Below are positions 45,463 through 60,725 of a DNA stretch of 64,000 nucleotides, piece after piece. Where the stretch lies: NCBI GenBank assembly GCA_964016885.1, contig OZ024743.1:104904001-104968000 (forward strand), in the 5' to 3' direction. A program made the position numbers and the translations under genes. The notes beneath the pieces were generated by a model that was not told where the DNA came from, did not search any database, and was given only the letters and a program-made list of their open reading frames with translations. The stretch comes from Eledone cirrhosa. Taxonomy: Eukaryota. Every line of letters starts with the position of its first letter. Position 1 is the first letter of the stretch.

Positions 45463-46700
45463 CAAGATTCATGACCCCGACGGCTAGATGACCCCGTCTC
45501 AACAGCTTGATCCCAACTGTATCGAGTGCGTCATGGTCCACCTGGTATCAACCAACACACTCAGAATTATATATATATATAAATAATATGTGTGTGTATG
45601 TATATATACGAGAACATAAATAACATTTTTTATATGTATTAATTGTTTTATTTATTTTAAAAAAAAAATATTGTTATTCCTTCTCTAGGATATTTTCTTT
45701 GAAAGCAAAGTTTTTGCACTGGCCTGTAAAGTACTATCAAATACAAGTGTTTATTTTAAAGTAATTTTATTTAAAAATCTTCCACCATAATTTCATAGAA
45801 GAACATTTGTTAAGTTATGATCCAAATACCAAATAAATAATGAGAAAGTTAGTTATATTATTGTTGTTGTTGGACCTTCGTCTGCTATGATGATGAGTGT
45901 TCTATTTATTTAGAACAACCTGAGTCTGAAATTAATACACCTGGCCAAACATTATGTAACTCTCAAGGGTATTCATCATGACAGAGTGACAAGTCTGACA
46001 CTTGGAATCCAGCTGAGTGGACAAGAGCAGCATAAAATAAAGTCTCATGCTCAAGGTCAAACTTTTAACCTAATGATAATGAAATGAACACCCTAAATAC
46101 AATGTCACACCCTTTCATTTATATTACGTTACTAAATCCCTCCTTCAAATTAGAAATACTGTAACAAAAGAGAAAATAAACTATAACACTTGTTTAAAGA
46201 TTCTGCCCTTAGAAATCATACACAAAATGATAGAGCTTGCGAGGCGAGCGGGACACAGCCCAGTGGAGACAAAGCAAAGCATAGCCAAACACAAAACGCT
46301 AGAGCTTGCGAGACACAGTCCAACGTATCCTTCTTGTACATTCTATCTTCTAGTCATCAAAACGATAAACAAAATTGTTCTGCTTGGCGCGAAGAAATTG
46401 AAATCTGAACAGACTTTGCCCATTTAAAATTAGCAGCTATAAATATATATAACCAGCTTCTGTACCATTTAACCACCGAGACTGTTTGAATTGCCGCACA
46501 TTTTAAAAAGTTATATTATAAATATTTACCTTTGGAATCTTTATGGCCTTACCTACTTTTCAGTTACGAGTGGATTTGCTTAAATATTTTAGATCGTTCG
46601 ATAGCATGTTCGGTTATTCTATCTATTATTAAAGACTAATATTTACTTTATTTATCTATGTTCGTGTTTATTAGTATATAGAACTAATTACCCGCCCCGC

Positions 46701-46807
<107 letters not shown>

Positions 46808-46871
46808 CGCGATTTATGTAACATCAACTTCTTTCTTAATGTTATTCTCATATATATATAAATGCATATAC

Positions 46872-47119
<248 letters not shown>

Positions 47120-47572
47120 ATATATATATATACTCGATCTCATGTAAAAGTCGACCCTAGTATGCTTAATTGTTTTCTTGGTTTTTCTCTTATTTTTTAA
47201 ATTCTTTCTCTAGGACTTCTGATATTTTCGTTAAAAGCAAAGTTTTACATTGGCCCTAAAGTACTGCACTACCATGGGTCACCGAGTGGCCTACTTGCCA
47301 TTAGGCAAGCTGACGACCTGGTCAGTCTGCCACTGTATACATATATTCTTTTATTCTTTTACCTGTTCCAGATTCTGTCATTACTACAATAGAGGTCCGA
47401 CGAGCTATTGATTCCAGCGTCGGGCCAGATCAATACAGATGGAACCAACCAATAAACGTAATGAAGGCTGAACCATTCGTCCTTGTATTATATATATATA
47501 TATATATTATTATACTTAGGGAGGGTCATATTGTTGTAATAATATTGCCAGAAATAATAACAGAACACACTC

Positions 47573-47661
<89 letters not shown>

Positions 47662-47665
<4 letters not shown>

Positions 47666-47912
47666 TGTGTATGCGCGCACGCACGCACGCGAATACAAAT
47701 ATAAATATATTTCCCCCATACACATGTGTGTGCGTGCATGCGCGCATACGCGCAGGGTATGTTCTGTTGAAAGAGTCTCGTGAAATTATGGCACGAGACA
47801 CTTTCAACAGAACATACCCTGCGCGTATGCGCGCATGCACGCACACACATGTGTATGGGGGAAATATATTTATATTTGTATACGCGTGCGTGCGTGCGCC
47901 CATACACATGCG
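47662..47912. repeat. Fold-back palindrome, ~120 bp arms, 9-nt loop
   Basis: ...CTGTTGAAAGAGTCTCGTG aaattatgg CACGAGACACTTTCAACAG... Confidence 0.9.
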
Positions 47913-47922
47913 CGCGCGCGCG

Positions 47923-47953
<31 letters not shown>

Positions 47954-48080
47954 GTTTGTATACATACACAGATTCTCATCTGTATTATAACCTTCATGCT
48001 CTGCGGTGTACTGAGTGCCTTGCTTACTGTGGCTGCCTCCGATTCAACCCGGAATAACGTGTGTGTGTATGCGCGCGCGC

Positions 48081-48111
<31 letters not shown>

Positions 48112-48343
48112 TGTTTTCGTGTATGTGTGGTTGTATGGGTAGTCTTATTTTATTTTTATTTTTCCTTTCCTTCTTCCTTCTCCAGCCTCACTTTCATATA
48201 GCTTGCTTTTTTTGTTTTTAAGATCCAAATTCAATAAACAAACCAGGATTTTTTCATTCTGAGGATTGAAAGCAAAACCTTTTGCTTTTAAGAAACCACT
48301 GGTAAATGGAATAATTGCCTTATGTTGTTTATTACATAATAAT

Positions 48344-48395
<52 letters not shown>

Positions 48396-48728
48396 GTGGA
48401 ACACTGGAGGGTAATATCCGTAGTGGTAGAGCACTCAGTCCATGGGACGAGTTAGGTAGAAGTGGTTACACAACAGCTAGTTCACCGGTTATAGGAACAG
48501 GAAGGACAACCGTACGAACGCGCATGCGTGCGAGAGGTGTAAGGACGATAACTGCGAAAGTCCGAAAAGTTTTTAGGTTGAAAATAAAATAACAAAGAAT
48601 CAGTCCGGAGCCTTGTAGTTATGCAATAGGTGTTTGGCGACGTGTGAACAACGTGTGAAAAATTCATTTCTCGTGTTTAGACAATCACTATTGCGTAATC
48701 TCTTTATGTTCCTATCACCATGCTCATT

Positions 48729-48768
48729 CCGAGCTGAGGATCCGCTAAGGTGAAACAATTATTCTCGG
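48729..48768 (+). ncRNA. Minimal type I HHR (family J), stem III decayed by one base
   Basis: CCGAG-CTGAGGA-TCC GCTAA GGT-GAAA-CAATT-ATT-CTCGG. Confidence 0.65.
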
Positions 48769-48795
48769 TATCGTGAACTAACTGTTGTGTAACCA

Positions 48796-48904
<109 letters not shown>

Positions 48905-48984
48905 TATATAAGCAGAAGGGATATTCAATTTGTTGGTAATTCAACAAATATAAATGTTTATAACTGATTCAGAGTATAATATTC

Positions 48985-51270
48985 AATGATATTAAATAAA
49001 CGGAAACTATATTTATAAAACCATATTTATTCTATTATATATATTTCAAAGGTACCAAAACTTTGGTACGCTTTCATCAGATAAAATACAAAGTTTGTTT
49101 TATAAATTTTGACATAACCAAGAAAAGATACCTTAACGGTTCAAGTTTTTCTTGGATAGTGAAATGGGGTTGAGGTATAGGGCTTAAAAAGCGTTATTTT
49201 AGACACTATGCAGAATTAAAATAATTAGGATATATGTATGTATGAGTAGGAAGAAGAAAAAAAGAAAGAAGAGCTTGTATTTACGTTAATTTAAAAGGAA
49301 TTAACAATTTGCGGGAATGGTGGAATATGATTCCAGAATTTAAATATATTTAGCTATATTATGAGTTATAATATTGTATATATAATCAATTAGATTATAT
49401 GAAGAATTATGGTTGTAAGTAGATTTTATCTTATTACATTACAATAGGTTGTACGTATATCTATATAGATTAATAATTGTGCATGTATAAGTATTATAGA
49501 AATAGAAATAATTCACAATTATTTGTTGTTTACATTTCTGATATGAAGGCTTGATTTTGCATTTTACATAAAAAAAAACGTAGTTCAAGTTGTAAGAGGT
49601 GAACAATTTGTAGATTCAAATATTTTGTTCCAACATTGAAAATGTTTTCAGAATATTGTTAATTTAGCGAAGTTATATAGTTTATCATACATATTATATT
49701 ATAATATAATGTTTATATTTGCACGATTGAAAAAGGAAAGATAACTCCAATCTTGTTTGTTAACCGTTAAATTTGATGAATGATTTACTCAGAAAATATA
49801 TAGAGAAAATTATATATTATTTTGTGTGAGATTAATTTCAATTATATATTATTTTAGTCGAAAGATGTGTGAAAGTTTGAATATCAAAAGAAGAGGAAAA
49901 AAGTAATGTGCATTTCGAAGAACTATCGTAAAGAAGATAAACTTTCAGAATGTCAATTAAAGATTATCAATCTACATCTAAAAAAATATATTTAGAGTGG
50001 TATCATTAAGAAAATAATGTCAAAAGGTAAAAATAGTAAAAAATTATATTAAAAAATTAAAAAATTAATGTCAAATGGTAAAAATAGTAGAAATATTAAA
50101 AAAATTAAGAAGGAAGATCATTTAAAAAAATTTAAATTTAAATTTTTAAAGAAAATAGGATCATTTTGAAGGTGTATAAGATATAGTCAAGTGTAATGAA
50201 TATCATAAATTAAACATACTTCTGAAAGTGGAATTTTGGCGATGTCTGCAACTAGAAAATAATTCTGTTTTAAGATTAATAGAGTTTTGACAGTTAATTA
50301 TATAACAAATTTCCTCGATACACAAGTTACAGAATCTTGAGAAAGCCATATTTCGGTATGCAGAGGCTTTCGAAATCGTCCCCCAAGATATTGAATAGTC
50401 TATATTGTTGTCTTTTAAGTTCCAAATTAAATGTGAAAGTGAAGTGGAAGATTTTTATCGGATCTATTAAATGTGTGTTTATGGTTATACCAGCGTTCTT
50501 TGAATTTTGTAGAAGTGGCACCAATATAGTTAAATACTTTGTCTCTAGTTTTAACTGTGCGTTTATGAATTACGTTTTTGTCTAAGCAATTATTTTGTAA
50601 AGGGCGGTTTGATTTAATTCTTCAGTTATATTTTCTGGAGTTGTTCGGAACGGTACTATTATTCTGAATATTGCTGTTAGAAATATTATTATGTCTATCT
50701 TGGTTAGGTTGGTTAGGGTTTAAATTTAAGTTTCTATTATTAATTCTATTTATATTTTGTGCTATGTTCATAGTAGTAGGGTAGGATAGTTTTATAGTGT
50801 GTCTGTTAAAAATAGAGTGGTATCTGTGGGCTTTAGGAAAACATTTATCTAGTGCTTAAAAAAATAGCTTTGCTAAAGGTATTTTAACGCTTAATGAGAA
50901 TGGGGGAGAGTACCAAATAATATTTCTAGTTCTAAGTTAAATTGTTTATTATTATTATAATTAATTCTAGGATGATTTGTCATGTTATTGTTATCTATGT
51001 ATTTAACTTTATTCGAGTATCCTGCTCTATGTAAAGCTTCATTATAATATTCTGACTTATCATCAAAAATATTTTTATTAGCAGAGATGCGTGAAATCAG
51101 TTGTTGGACGCTATTGACAATAGTGTTTTTAATATTTCTCGGATGATTAGAATTGAAACTTACGTAATTTAGATTTTCATTAATTTTATGGAATGGATAG
51201 TATAGACCTGTGCTAAGGTTTAAGGTTACATCTAAGAAGTTAACTATTTTGTAATTATTCTCGCTTTCTA
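48985..51270 (-). mobile_element. Third Naiad-type PLE, 5'-truncated and decayed; family A HHR at 49028-49088
   Basis: [34 protein letters not shown] matches the 3761-5977 protein; EN remnant ends CNLC..E..CRHR at ~50230; HHR TATTTTAT-CTGATGA-AAGCGTACC[8 nt]GGTACCTTT-GAAA-TATAT-ATA-ATAGAATA. Confidence 0.85.
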
Positions 51271-51291
51271 AATTAATATATATATATATAT

Positions 51292-51790
51292 AAGAGAGTA
51301 TTGAAGTTTGCTTGAAGCATTGTGGAATAATAAGGTAAATTTCTTTAAGTCGTTTGGAAGCCTCGACAATGCAGATGGGTAAATCTCCGGGTAACAAGAT
51401 CCGGTGGTGGAGAGAGAGATGTAAGTGACTGTACGTTGAGATACGCGGCGTGTATAAGACTGCAACGTGTAGAGGAATGAAGGAAAGAGCGTAAAGGATA
51501 AAAATAAAAATAATAACACGAGAAAGAGTTACCTTGGGAGAGATTTAATTGTCCCTATATATTTAGGATTCACATCCATCAACTGGGTTTTTTCCGGATG
51601 GGGGGGGGGGAGGTTGTCTGTCGGAAAGGTGCGAAACGTATCCTCCGCTGTTCGTTGTTTTCAATATCTGAGGTATTCAGCAGAGCGCGCGTGCGCGTGA
51701 AATGGGGTCGGTCAGGCAGAGGTCAGAGGTCGAAGTAGTTCTTTCAATTGTGGAAGTGGGGTGGCGCTAGCTGTCAGTCCATTCTCTGCC
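51292..51790 (-). mobile_element. 3' end of the PLE family seen at 6348-8400
   Basis: GAGAGT(A/G)TTGAAGTTTGCTTGAAGCATTGT...ACAATGCAGATGGGTA shared with 6350-6780. Confidence 0.8.
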
Positions 51791-51807
51791 TGTTTGGTGA
51801 ATGTTAC

Positions 51808-51838
<31 letters not shown>

Positions 51839-52027
51839 GTTGTTGTCTCGCTTGAGTGTGTGTGTGTGTGCGTCTGTTGTTGCCTTGTTCCTCTGTATTG
51901 GCAGTGTAGTATGTTCGTATGGTGGAATGCTACTGTGTGTGTGTGTTGCTGTCTCGCTTGTGTGTGTTTGTGCATGTGTTTCTGCATCGTTTGTTAACTT
52001 AAACCAACCACCTCATATATATATATT

Positions 52028-52961
<934 letters not shown>

Positions 52962-52969
52962 TATATATA

Positions 52970-54070
52970 TAACGAAGGAGTTGTGGTAAGGAACCAGATG
53001 GACCATAATGCACCAGAGTACTCAATACTTAGCGTACTAGAGTGGGTAATAGGAGAAAGTATGATCCCGACGGCTGAGCTGAAGCCGTTTCGACGGCTAT
53101 TTCTGGACTAAAGTAAGAGTTTTTTAGTCTGGTAAATAAAGCCGAACTTTTCAAGGGGTACTTCCTTATATGGGAAGATTGTAGTTGTCAAGAGGATTGG
53201 CCAAAATTTGTAGCAGACACAGAAAAGTCTATCATGGCAGTGGGTGCGGGGTGGGGGTGGCTGAACTTGCCTGTATAACAATAGGGGAGTAGGTAGATCC
53301 GGTCAAGCGTTGAAGGTGAAATCTACACGGCAAATTCTAAGGAAAGTGTATGAAAGTAGGCCAGGGGAGGTCGGCGAAAAAAGGTTTCTTTAGAAAATGG
53401 AGGAGGGACGTTATAGAAAAGGTAAATCAAATGAGATTAGGAGACAAAGAAAAAATATAATAAAGAATATAATAAAAAATGAGAGACAGATATATCAGAA
53501 TGTAAGATTGGAAAGTGAGATGTGAAATAAAACAGAAACTAAGGAGTCTAACACAGCTGCTATATTAGTTGGTTCTGCTTTTTCGGCCAATGCTATAGAA
53601 TGAGTTGCTAGATGAGAATTATTGAAAATTTACAATGGGGTATTAATGCTATATTAATGCTATCTGTAAGTTACTGGGGTGGGGGTACTGAGGCTAAAGA
53701 GGCCCGATGGGCTGCCTCGGGGTAGGCGAAAGGGGAAAAAACCCAAAGGAACGAACGAGGAAGAAGTTGGGTGGTGGAAGAAGTGATAGGAGGAGACAAA
53801 GGGAAGAAGTAAAACATATTTTCTTCTCCCCTTTGTCTCCTCCTATCACTTCAGCCACCTCCACCCCGCACCCACTGCCATGATAGACTTTTCTGTGTCT
53901 GCTACACATTTTGACCAATCCTCTTGACAACTACAATCTTCCCATATAAGGAAGTACCCCCTTGAAAAGTTCGGCGATTTATTTACCAGACTAAAAAACT
54001 CTTACTTTTAGTCCAGAAATAGCCGTTGAAACGGCTTGAGCTCTGCCGTGGGGTTATACTTTCTCCTATA
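52970..54070. mobile_element. Family K element with ~220 bp inverted arms
   Basis: 53049-53265 is mirrored by 53852-54069. Confidence 0.8.
53064..53159 (-). ncRNA. Type I HHR, U3-A8 variant with long stem II (family K)
   Basis: ACCCC-TTGAAAA-GTTCGGC..TATTT..GACTAAA[loop]TTTAGTC..AAATA GCCGTC-GAAA-CGGC[9 nt]GCCG-TC-GGGAT; mirror copy at 53956-54054(+) lacks C17. Confidence 0.72.
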
Positions 54071-54082
54071 TATATATATATT

Positions 54083-54625
54083 GTATTGAAAAAGGACCAT
54101 AGAATGAACCAAATTCTACGAACACACGATATCATAAAGAGCAAAAGACAATCCAAGTCAATGAAAAACATCTTAACACATGCCAAAGTACTGCCAACCA
54201 CAACAACGAAACCCACAGTAAAAAAATGCGATAGACCCAACTGTGGCATTTGCATCAACCTAATAGAGGGTTCGGAATTCTATTTCAAAGATGGACAACG
54301 TTTTATAGTAAAACACAATTTCACATGTGCATCGGAAAATCTAATATATGTATTAACTTGTTCAGGTTGTCGAGAACAATACATAGGCCAGACCAAAAAC
54401 AGCCTCCGCCAACGCATGACTGTCCATAGATCCCAAATTAAAATACGGGAATACAGGAAAATACCACTGAGTGAACACATTGATACCTGTGCCGCCCAAA
54501 GTCATCCCAACTTCAGAATCTTTCCCCTCTACAAATTTAAAGATAATGCCACCCACACCCAGCGCATCAGCAAGGAATCTTACTTCATTAACAAATACGG
54601 ACCCCGTCTAAACACTTCTCCCTAA
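54083..54625 (+). CDS. Neptune-type PLE C-terminus: Cys-rich linker + GIY-YIG endonuclease, 5'-truncated at (TA)n
   Basis: CDRPNCGIC...FTCASENLIYVLTCSGCREQYIGQTKNSLRQRMTVH...EH...KESYFI..P.LN. Confidence 0.85.
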   Translation, partial: VLKKDHRMNQILRTHDIIKSKRQSKSMKNILTHAKVLPTTTTKPTVKKCDRPNCGICINLIEGSEFYFKDGQRFIVKHNFTCASENLIYVLTCSGCREQYIGQTKNSLRQRMTVHRSQIKIREYRKIPLSEHIDTCAAQSHPNFRIFPLYKFKDNATHTQRISKESYFINKYGPRLNTSP

Positions 54626-54767
54626 GACGAACCCATAACATACACACGTCAACATACATACCTACATCAGCACACATCTCTACCCACATATAAACACAAT
54701 GACACACGTAAACACACATGCTCTATGGTGCAATACAAAGAAATATGTGTGCATATATATGTATGTA

Positions 54768-54816
<49 letters not shown>

Positions 54817-55035
54817 GATATATGTATGTGTGTATATATATATAGTGAATATCATTTCACACTTTTATTGTTAAGATTTTTGATGTTCTATTAAGAGAAC
54901 CGATTTTACTGAAAAAATCGAATAATGTACACCATTTTACCAGGGGGGAAAACAATACTGATCCACCCACACACACACACACACACACATATACACAAAC
55001 ACATACACACGCGTACATCAACATACAAAGAGACT

Positions 55036-55084
<49 letters not shown>

Positions 55085-55139
55085 TTCTCCGTATAAGACA
55101 AAAGCTGAAAAATATCTTTTGACCTTCGAATGACTCTGC

Positions 55140-55214
<75 letters not shown>

Positions 55215-55283
55215 ATCTTAATAGTCATTTGACACACATCGCTGCTGGCCATTGTCGCAGCATCAAACACCTTACTACTACTA

Positions 55284-55355
<72 letters not shown>

Positions 55356-55374
55356 TTGTTGTGAAAGAGTCATT

Positions 55375-55830
55375 TCTCAATCTTGGCGCAAAACCAATTT
55401 GTTATCCACATGACCTCTACCGACCAATCAAAATTGTTTTGACCAAGAATTTTTGCTGGAGCCACTTTTTTAACATAAAAACAGTCTTGGCGCAAAATCA
55501 ACTTTTTACATTCACATGACCTCTACCGACCAATCAAAATTGTTTTGACCACAAGCATTTTTGCAACACAAAAATAACGCTGGAGCCACTTTTTTAACAT
55601 AAAAACAGGTAGAATTCCCAAAACTAATCAGATCAGAGCAAACAGCACGGACACTCTATCTCAAAATTATTTTTGAAAAGCATTTAGAAATGCGCAACCG
55701 GTAAAAACTTAAAAACTTAAAACCACAACTGAATACTAACCCATACAATCACTAATACTCTTTTATTCCTAATTAAACCTTTTTGCAACTGTGAACAATT
55801 TGTCAGCATTTTCTATTCCGTTTACCAATA
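55375..55830. repeat. Unclassified dispersed repeat ending in (TA)n
   Basis: AACTGAATACTAACC...TTCCTAATTAAAC...AATTTGTCAGCATTTTC is shared with 35165-35267 and 37650-37840; internal direct repeat 55407/55514. Confidence 0.75.
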
Positions 55831-55842
55831 TATATATATATA

Positions 55843-56554
55843 TATATTATAATTGAATATAAAAGAAAAACGAACACAGACATATACATATATGCATTCA
55901 AATCGCAAGGGACCAGATTCGCTAAGGTGAAAAGAATACTAACTATAGACAATTGGGTCTGCCAGTCTCAATTTAAGAAAAAATCAAGAAAATAAATACA
56001 AACCGTAATTGTTGTAACTACCAATCACCCAGACAACTTGGTGTTGTTTCGCAAAATTAATTGTGAATAGAATTACAAATTTATGCTCATCAGTGGGCGA
56101 TAAACTAGTATCCTAGACACTTCTAAGTAAATTAAGTAACTGAATAGTGTGCTATATATATTTATAGCGCACATGGTGTCTTAGCGTGTCTTACAAACTT
56201 ACACCACTAAAAATAGCAGCTAGGTTTATTCGACATTTGAAATAGCTCAACAAGTTAACGGAGCCGAATATATCAAAGGTATATATTGAGTTAGTAACTC
56301 AAAATAGTCTCTTACAACAAAATAGCTCTAAGAAAGAGATATTTCCGAGCCGTATATTATAATTGAATATAAAAGAAAAACGAACGCAGACATATACATA
56401 TCTGCGTTCAAATGTGATTTGAACGCAGATATGTATATGTCTGTGTTCGTTTTTCTTTTATATTCAATTATAATATACGGCTCGGAAATATCTCTTTCTT
56501 AGAGCTATTTTGTTGTAAGAGACTATTTTGAGTTACTAACTCAATATATACCTT

Positions 56555-56560
<6 letters not shown>
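55843..56560. mobile_element. ORF-less HHR element family L: 510-bp partial tandem plus ~145 bp fold-back
   Basis: AATTGAATATAAAAGAAAAACGAAC at 55851 and 56361; palindrome 56271-56560. Confidence 0.82.
56026..56099 (-). ncRNA. Canonical type I hammerhead ribozyme (family L)
   Basis: CGCCCA-CTGATGA-GCATAAATT...AATTTTGC-GAAA-CAAC ACCAA GTTG-TC-TGGGTG. Confidence 0.88.
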
Positions 56561-56605
<45 letters not shown>

Positions 56606-56646
56606 TTATATATATATACATGTGTGTGTGTGTACATATGTATGTG

Positions 56647-56701
<55 letters not shown>

Positions 56702-57456
56702 GTGTGTGTGTGTTTGTGTGTGTGGGTCTATGTATATTTGCACACGGCCACACATATATATATATTCAAACAGAAGCATAAAACACTAAATACATTTTAA
56801 AAGTTCCACAGACGCAAATGGTCATGTCTTATGGCTTACATCATCCCCTCAACCGTTTGTATCTAATTCCACTAGGGTTCTTACATCCTCTTCTTTCTGT
56901 TGTAACCATACTCATGTATCATATCGGGCAGTTGACAAAAAAAGTTCGGACAGGTCATTCGCCGGTGTGTCATGCTTTTTCTCTGCATCATTCAGAGCAT
57001 CTTGCTTTATTGTTTCATTTAGTCTTACCAATTTTCCTACTCTTTGTTATGCATTCTTCAATTTAACTCTCGTGTATGTTTTGTTTTTTTTTGTCATGCC
57101 ATTGATATATTTATTCTGCTACGATATATTTTATTCATTTTCCTGTTCCTCGGTCCTGACTTCATTTTTGTAGTCTTTTTGTTTTGTTTCGTTCCTTACA
57201 CTTAAAAATCTTTCAGGACAATGTTTAGCTGCTAAATAATGGATCACCAGTACTATGGCGCAGAGGTGGAAACTGTATACGTCCTTCCTGAAAGCTGATA
57301 ATGACAGAATTGTTTGTCCTGTTCATGTTGCCATTGTTGTTTGTTATCTATGTATACATATATTTCTTTTATTCGTCTAACCGCCACTATTCATGTGACA
57401 CTCTCTGATATTTTTAGCTTATTAGTTACAAATATTACAAATACGAACACATACAC

Positions 57457-57487
<31 letters not shown>

Positions 57488-57669
57488 TGTATGTATGTAT
57501 GTATGTATGTATGTATGTATGTATGTATGTATGACAAAGGGCGGACTAACTCATAAGAGTCAACGGTCATCCCCCAAAAGTGTCTAAATATATATATACA
57601 CATGTACATATGTATGTATATGTATATGTGTATATACATGGGTGCATGTGTATGTATATGCGCGGGAAC

Positions 57670-58000
57670 ATAGAAATAGTCGGGCTGGACACCCGATCGC
57701 GTGGTTAAACCACTGGGAGTGAAGGACCCCTCGCCTTGTCAGGGCATTCTTCTAGGAGAAGGCAACTCAGGAAACTCCGATATAAAACATGCAGCTCAGT
57801 AGTTACCGATGATGTTGATCTGTTCTTCTTTTCGGGTTATAGCTACTGTCACCCAGAGAGTGGGATTGGCTCAGTGCACAGTCTTTCCTCACTTTAAAAA
57901 ATATCTTCACACCCAGGCATTGCACGATAGAATTAATTAATAATTATTAATAATGGTATATCGTGCAATGGCCATACTCGATAACGAGGGGGCAGCCATC

Positions 58001-58033
<33 letters not shown>

Positions 58034-59605
58034 TGTATGTATGTATGTATGTATGTATGTATGTATCCAATGATGTTAACTTGTTCTTCTTTTTGGTAAA
58101 TATCATCTTGGTTAAGAGAGTGGGACTGGCTTTGTGCAGTGCCTTTGCTCACTATAAAAGCTTCACGGCACAGGCATTGCCTTATATCTGGAGATCTCTC
58201 TGCACTTGTCGTCACATGGTACCATGGACCCAGCACTATGTGTCAGTAATTGTCACAAGTGTAGTGTTTGTACCAGAGTTTTCAAGTCGCTGGCTGGACT
58301 AAAAAGTCACTCGTTCAGCGCATCGGTAGGGGTTCTCCTACATGGATATAAAGTAGTGACCATACTCGAAAACGAGTTGGCAGCCACCATGTATGTATGT
58401 ATCTATATATGTATGTATGTGTGTCAACCCGTCAAAGGGCGGAGGAACTCAGGAGTGTCAACGGCCGTCCAATAAAGTTTATTTTTTTTATTTGTGGAGT
58501 GAGAGACTCCTATTATTTATTAAGACATCTCTCTAGGAGAAAGTCACTCTCATCTAACATCGGCGAGTTCATTTGCATCCAACTATGTAGGCCAGTTCTT
58601 CTTTTTGTGCAATTGCGTTCGATGCTCTGAGAGTGGGCTTGGCCCTGTGCAAAGCTTCAAGCACAGGAATCACTTGATATGTGACATGTTTTGCGATGCA
58701 GGGTATAGCTGGCTATAGGCAAGACTCTACCAGGACTAAAAAGTGACGTCCGTGATACTCATGCTTAAGTATCAAGCGATGGCATTACTCGAAATCTTTA
58801 CCATCATGTGATCGCTGGAGTGACTTCAAGCCATCATTCGAAGGGCACACCTTAGGGAACACAGTGCATTTGACACCAACGCTGGATAAGATTCATCGTT
58901 ATTATGTATGTATGTATGTATGTATGTATGTATGTATGTATGTATGTATGTATGTATGTATGTATGTATGTATGTATGTATGTATGTCAGGTCACCAGTT
59001 GGTGCTACTGGTAACATGTATCCCAGTACAACCTGTCTCATGGTCGGGTCGTTGGCGACTAAACTGGCAACCCCACCAAGGTTTCTTGGTGAGGAGGGTG
59101 ACTTTGGACATCCTGCAGGACTAAAAACACAACCTGTCAAAGGGCAAATGAGCTCTTAAGAGTCAATGGTCATCAAAAATCATCGGGAGAGATGACCCCT
59201 TAGCCTTTGTCAAGGCAGAATTCTAGGAGAAGGAAAACTCTGATATAATACCTGCCACCCTGATGGTATCCAATGATGTTGACTTGTTCTTCTTTTTGGT
59301 AAATATCATCTTGGTTAAGAGAGTGGGACTGGCTTTGTCCAGTGCCTTTGCTCACTATAAAAGCTTCACGGCACAGGCATTGCTTTATATCTGGAGATCT
59401 CTCTGCACTTGTCGTCACATGGTACCATGGGCCCAGCATTATGTGTCAATGATTGTCACAAGTGTAGTGTTTGTACCAGAGTTTTCAAGTCGCTGGCTGG
59501 ACTAAAAAGTCACACTCGTTCAGCGCATCGGTAGGGGTTCTCCTACATGGATATAAAGTAGTGGCCGTACTCGAAAACGAGTTGGCAACCACCATGTATG
59601 TATGT
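57670..59605 (+). mobile_element. Cluster of non-autonomous RTE-derived retroposons separated by (ATGT)n tails
   Basis: RTE-5'UTR-like TCTAGGAGAAGGAAAACTC joined to a C2H2 remnant CSVCTRVFKSLAGLKSH and 3' GGCCGTACTCGAAAACGAG..(ATGT)n; copies at ~57670, 58065, 58425 and 58990. Confidence 0.75.
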
Positions 59606-60167
59606 ATATAATAATGTGTAAATATCTGCTTGCTTGAGTGTGTCTCTGTGTGATTGTAGTGGGTAGAATCCAACCTTATGTTTGGGTGACAAGTATTATG
59701 CTGTGGTTCTCTTGAAGTTGTATATATTTCGACATATGTAAACATACAGCAAAAGAAATTTACACTCCAGCGGCCACCTTTCAATCGATATTACCTTCAT
59801 GTTCTGCTGTGCACCAATCACCAAGAAGATCTTACACTATTAGACTATGTCTTTAGACACTTGACATAAATGAGTGTTGTTTATATCAAGATTAAAACAT
59901 ATATTGTAAATTACAGTAGATTTGAAAATGTATGTAAAAAAATCACCAAATAAACAAACCCAAATCGAGAAGAAACAAACAAGCAAGAGTAAAATAAAAG
60001 TATTAAGTCATTCCTAATCAAGGAAGCTATAATTTAGAGTTACCAGCTAGAGAAAATAAGCACAAAAAAATTCGGGTAAGTTTTAGAGAACGATAAAAGA
60101 TGTTATCTAAGACTATTTACTATTAGCAACATAAGCATATCAAAAGAAGTTAGTGTAATATTTATGA

Positions 60168-60725
<558 letters not shown>

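Noticed and set aside
50622-50624. TGA at a conserved Cys (CNC motif) of Naiad-3, suggesting selenocysteine as reported for some Naiads
   Set aside because: Neighbouring cysteines have also decayed (to Y and R), the copy has other stops and frameshifts, copies 1 and 2 have Cys, and no SECIS was recognised.
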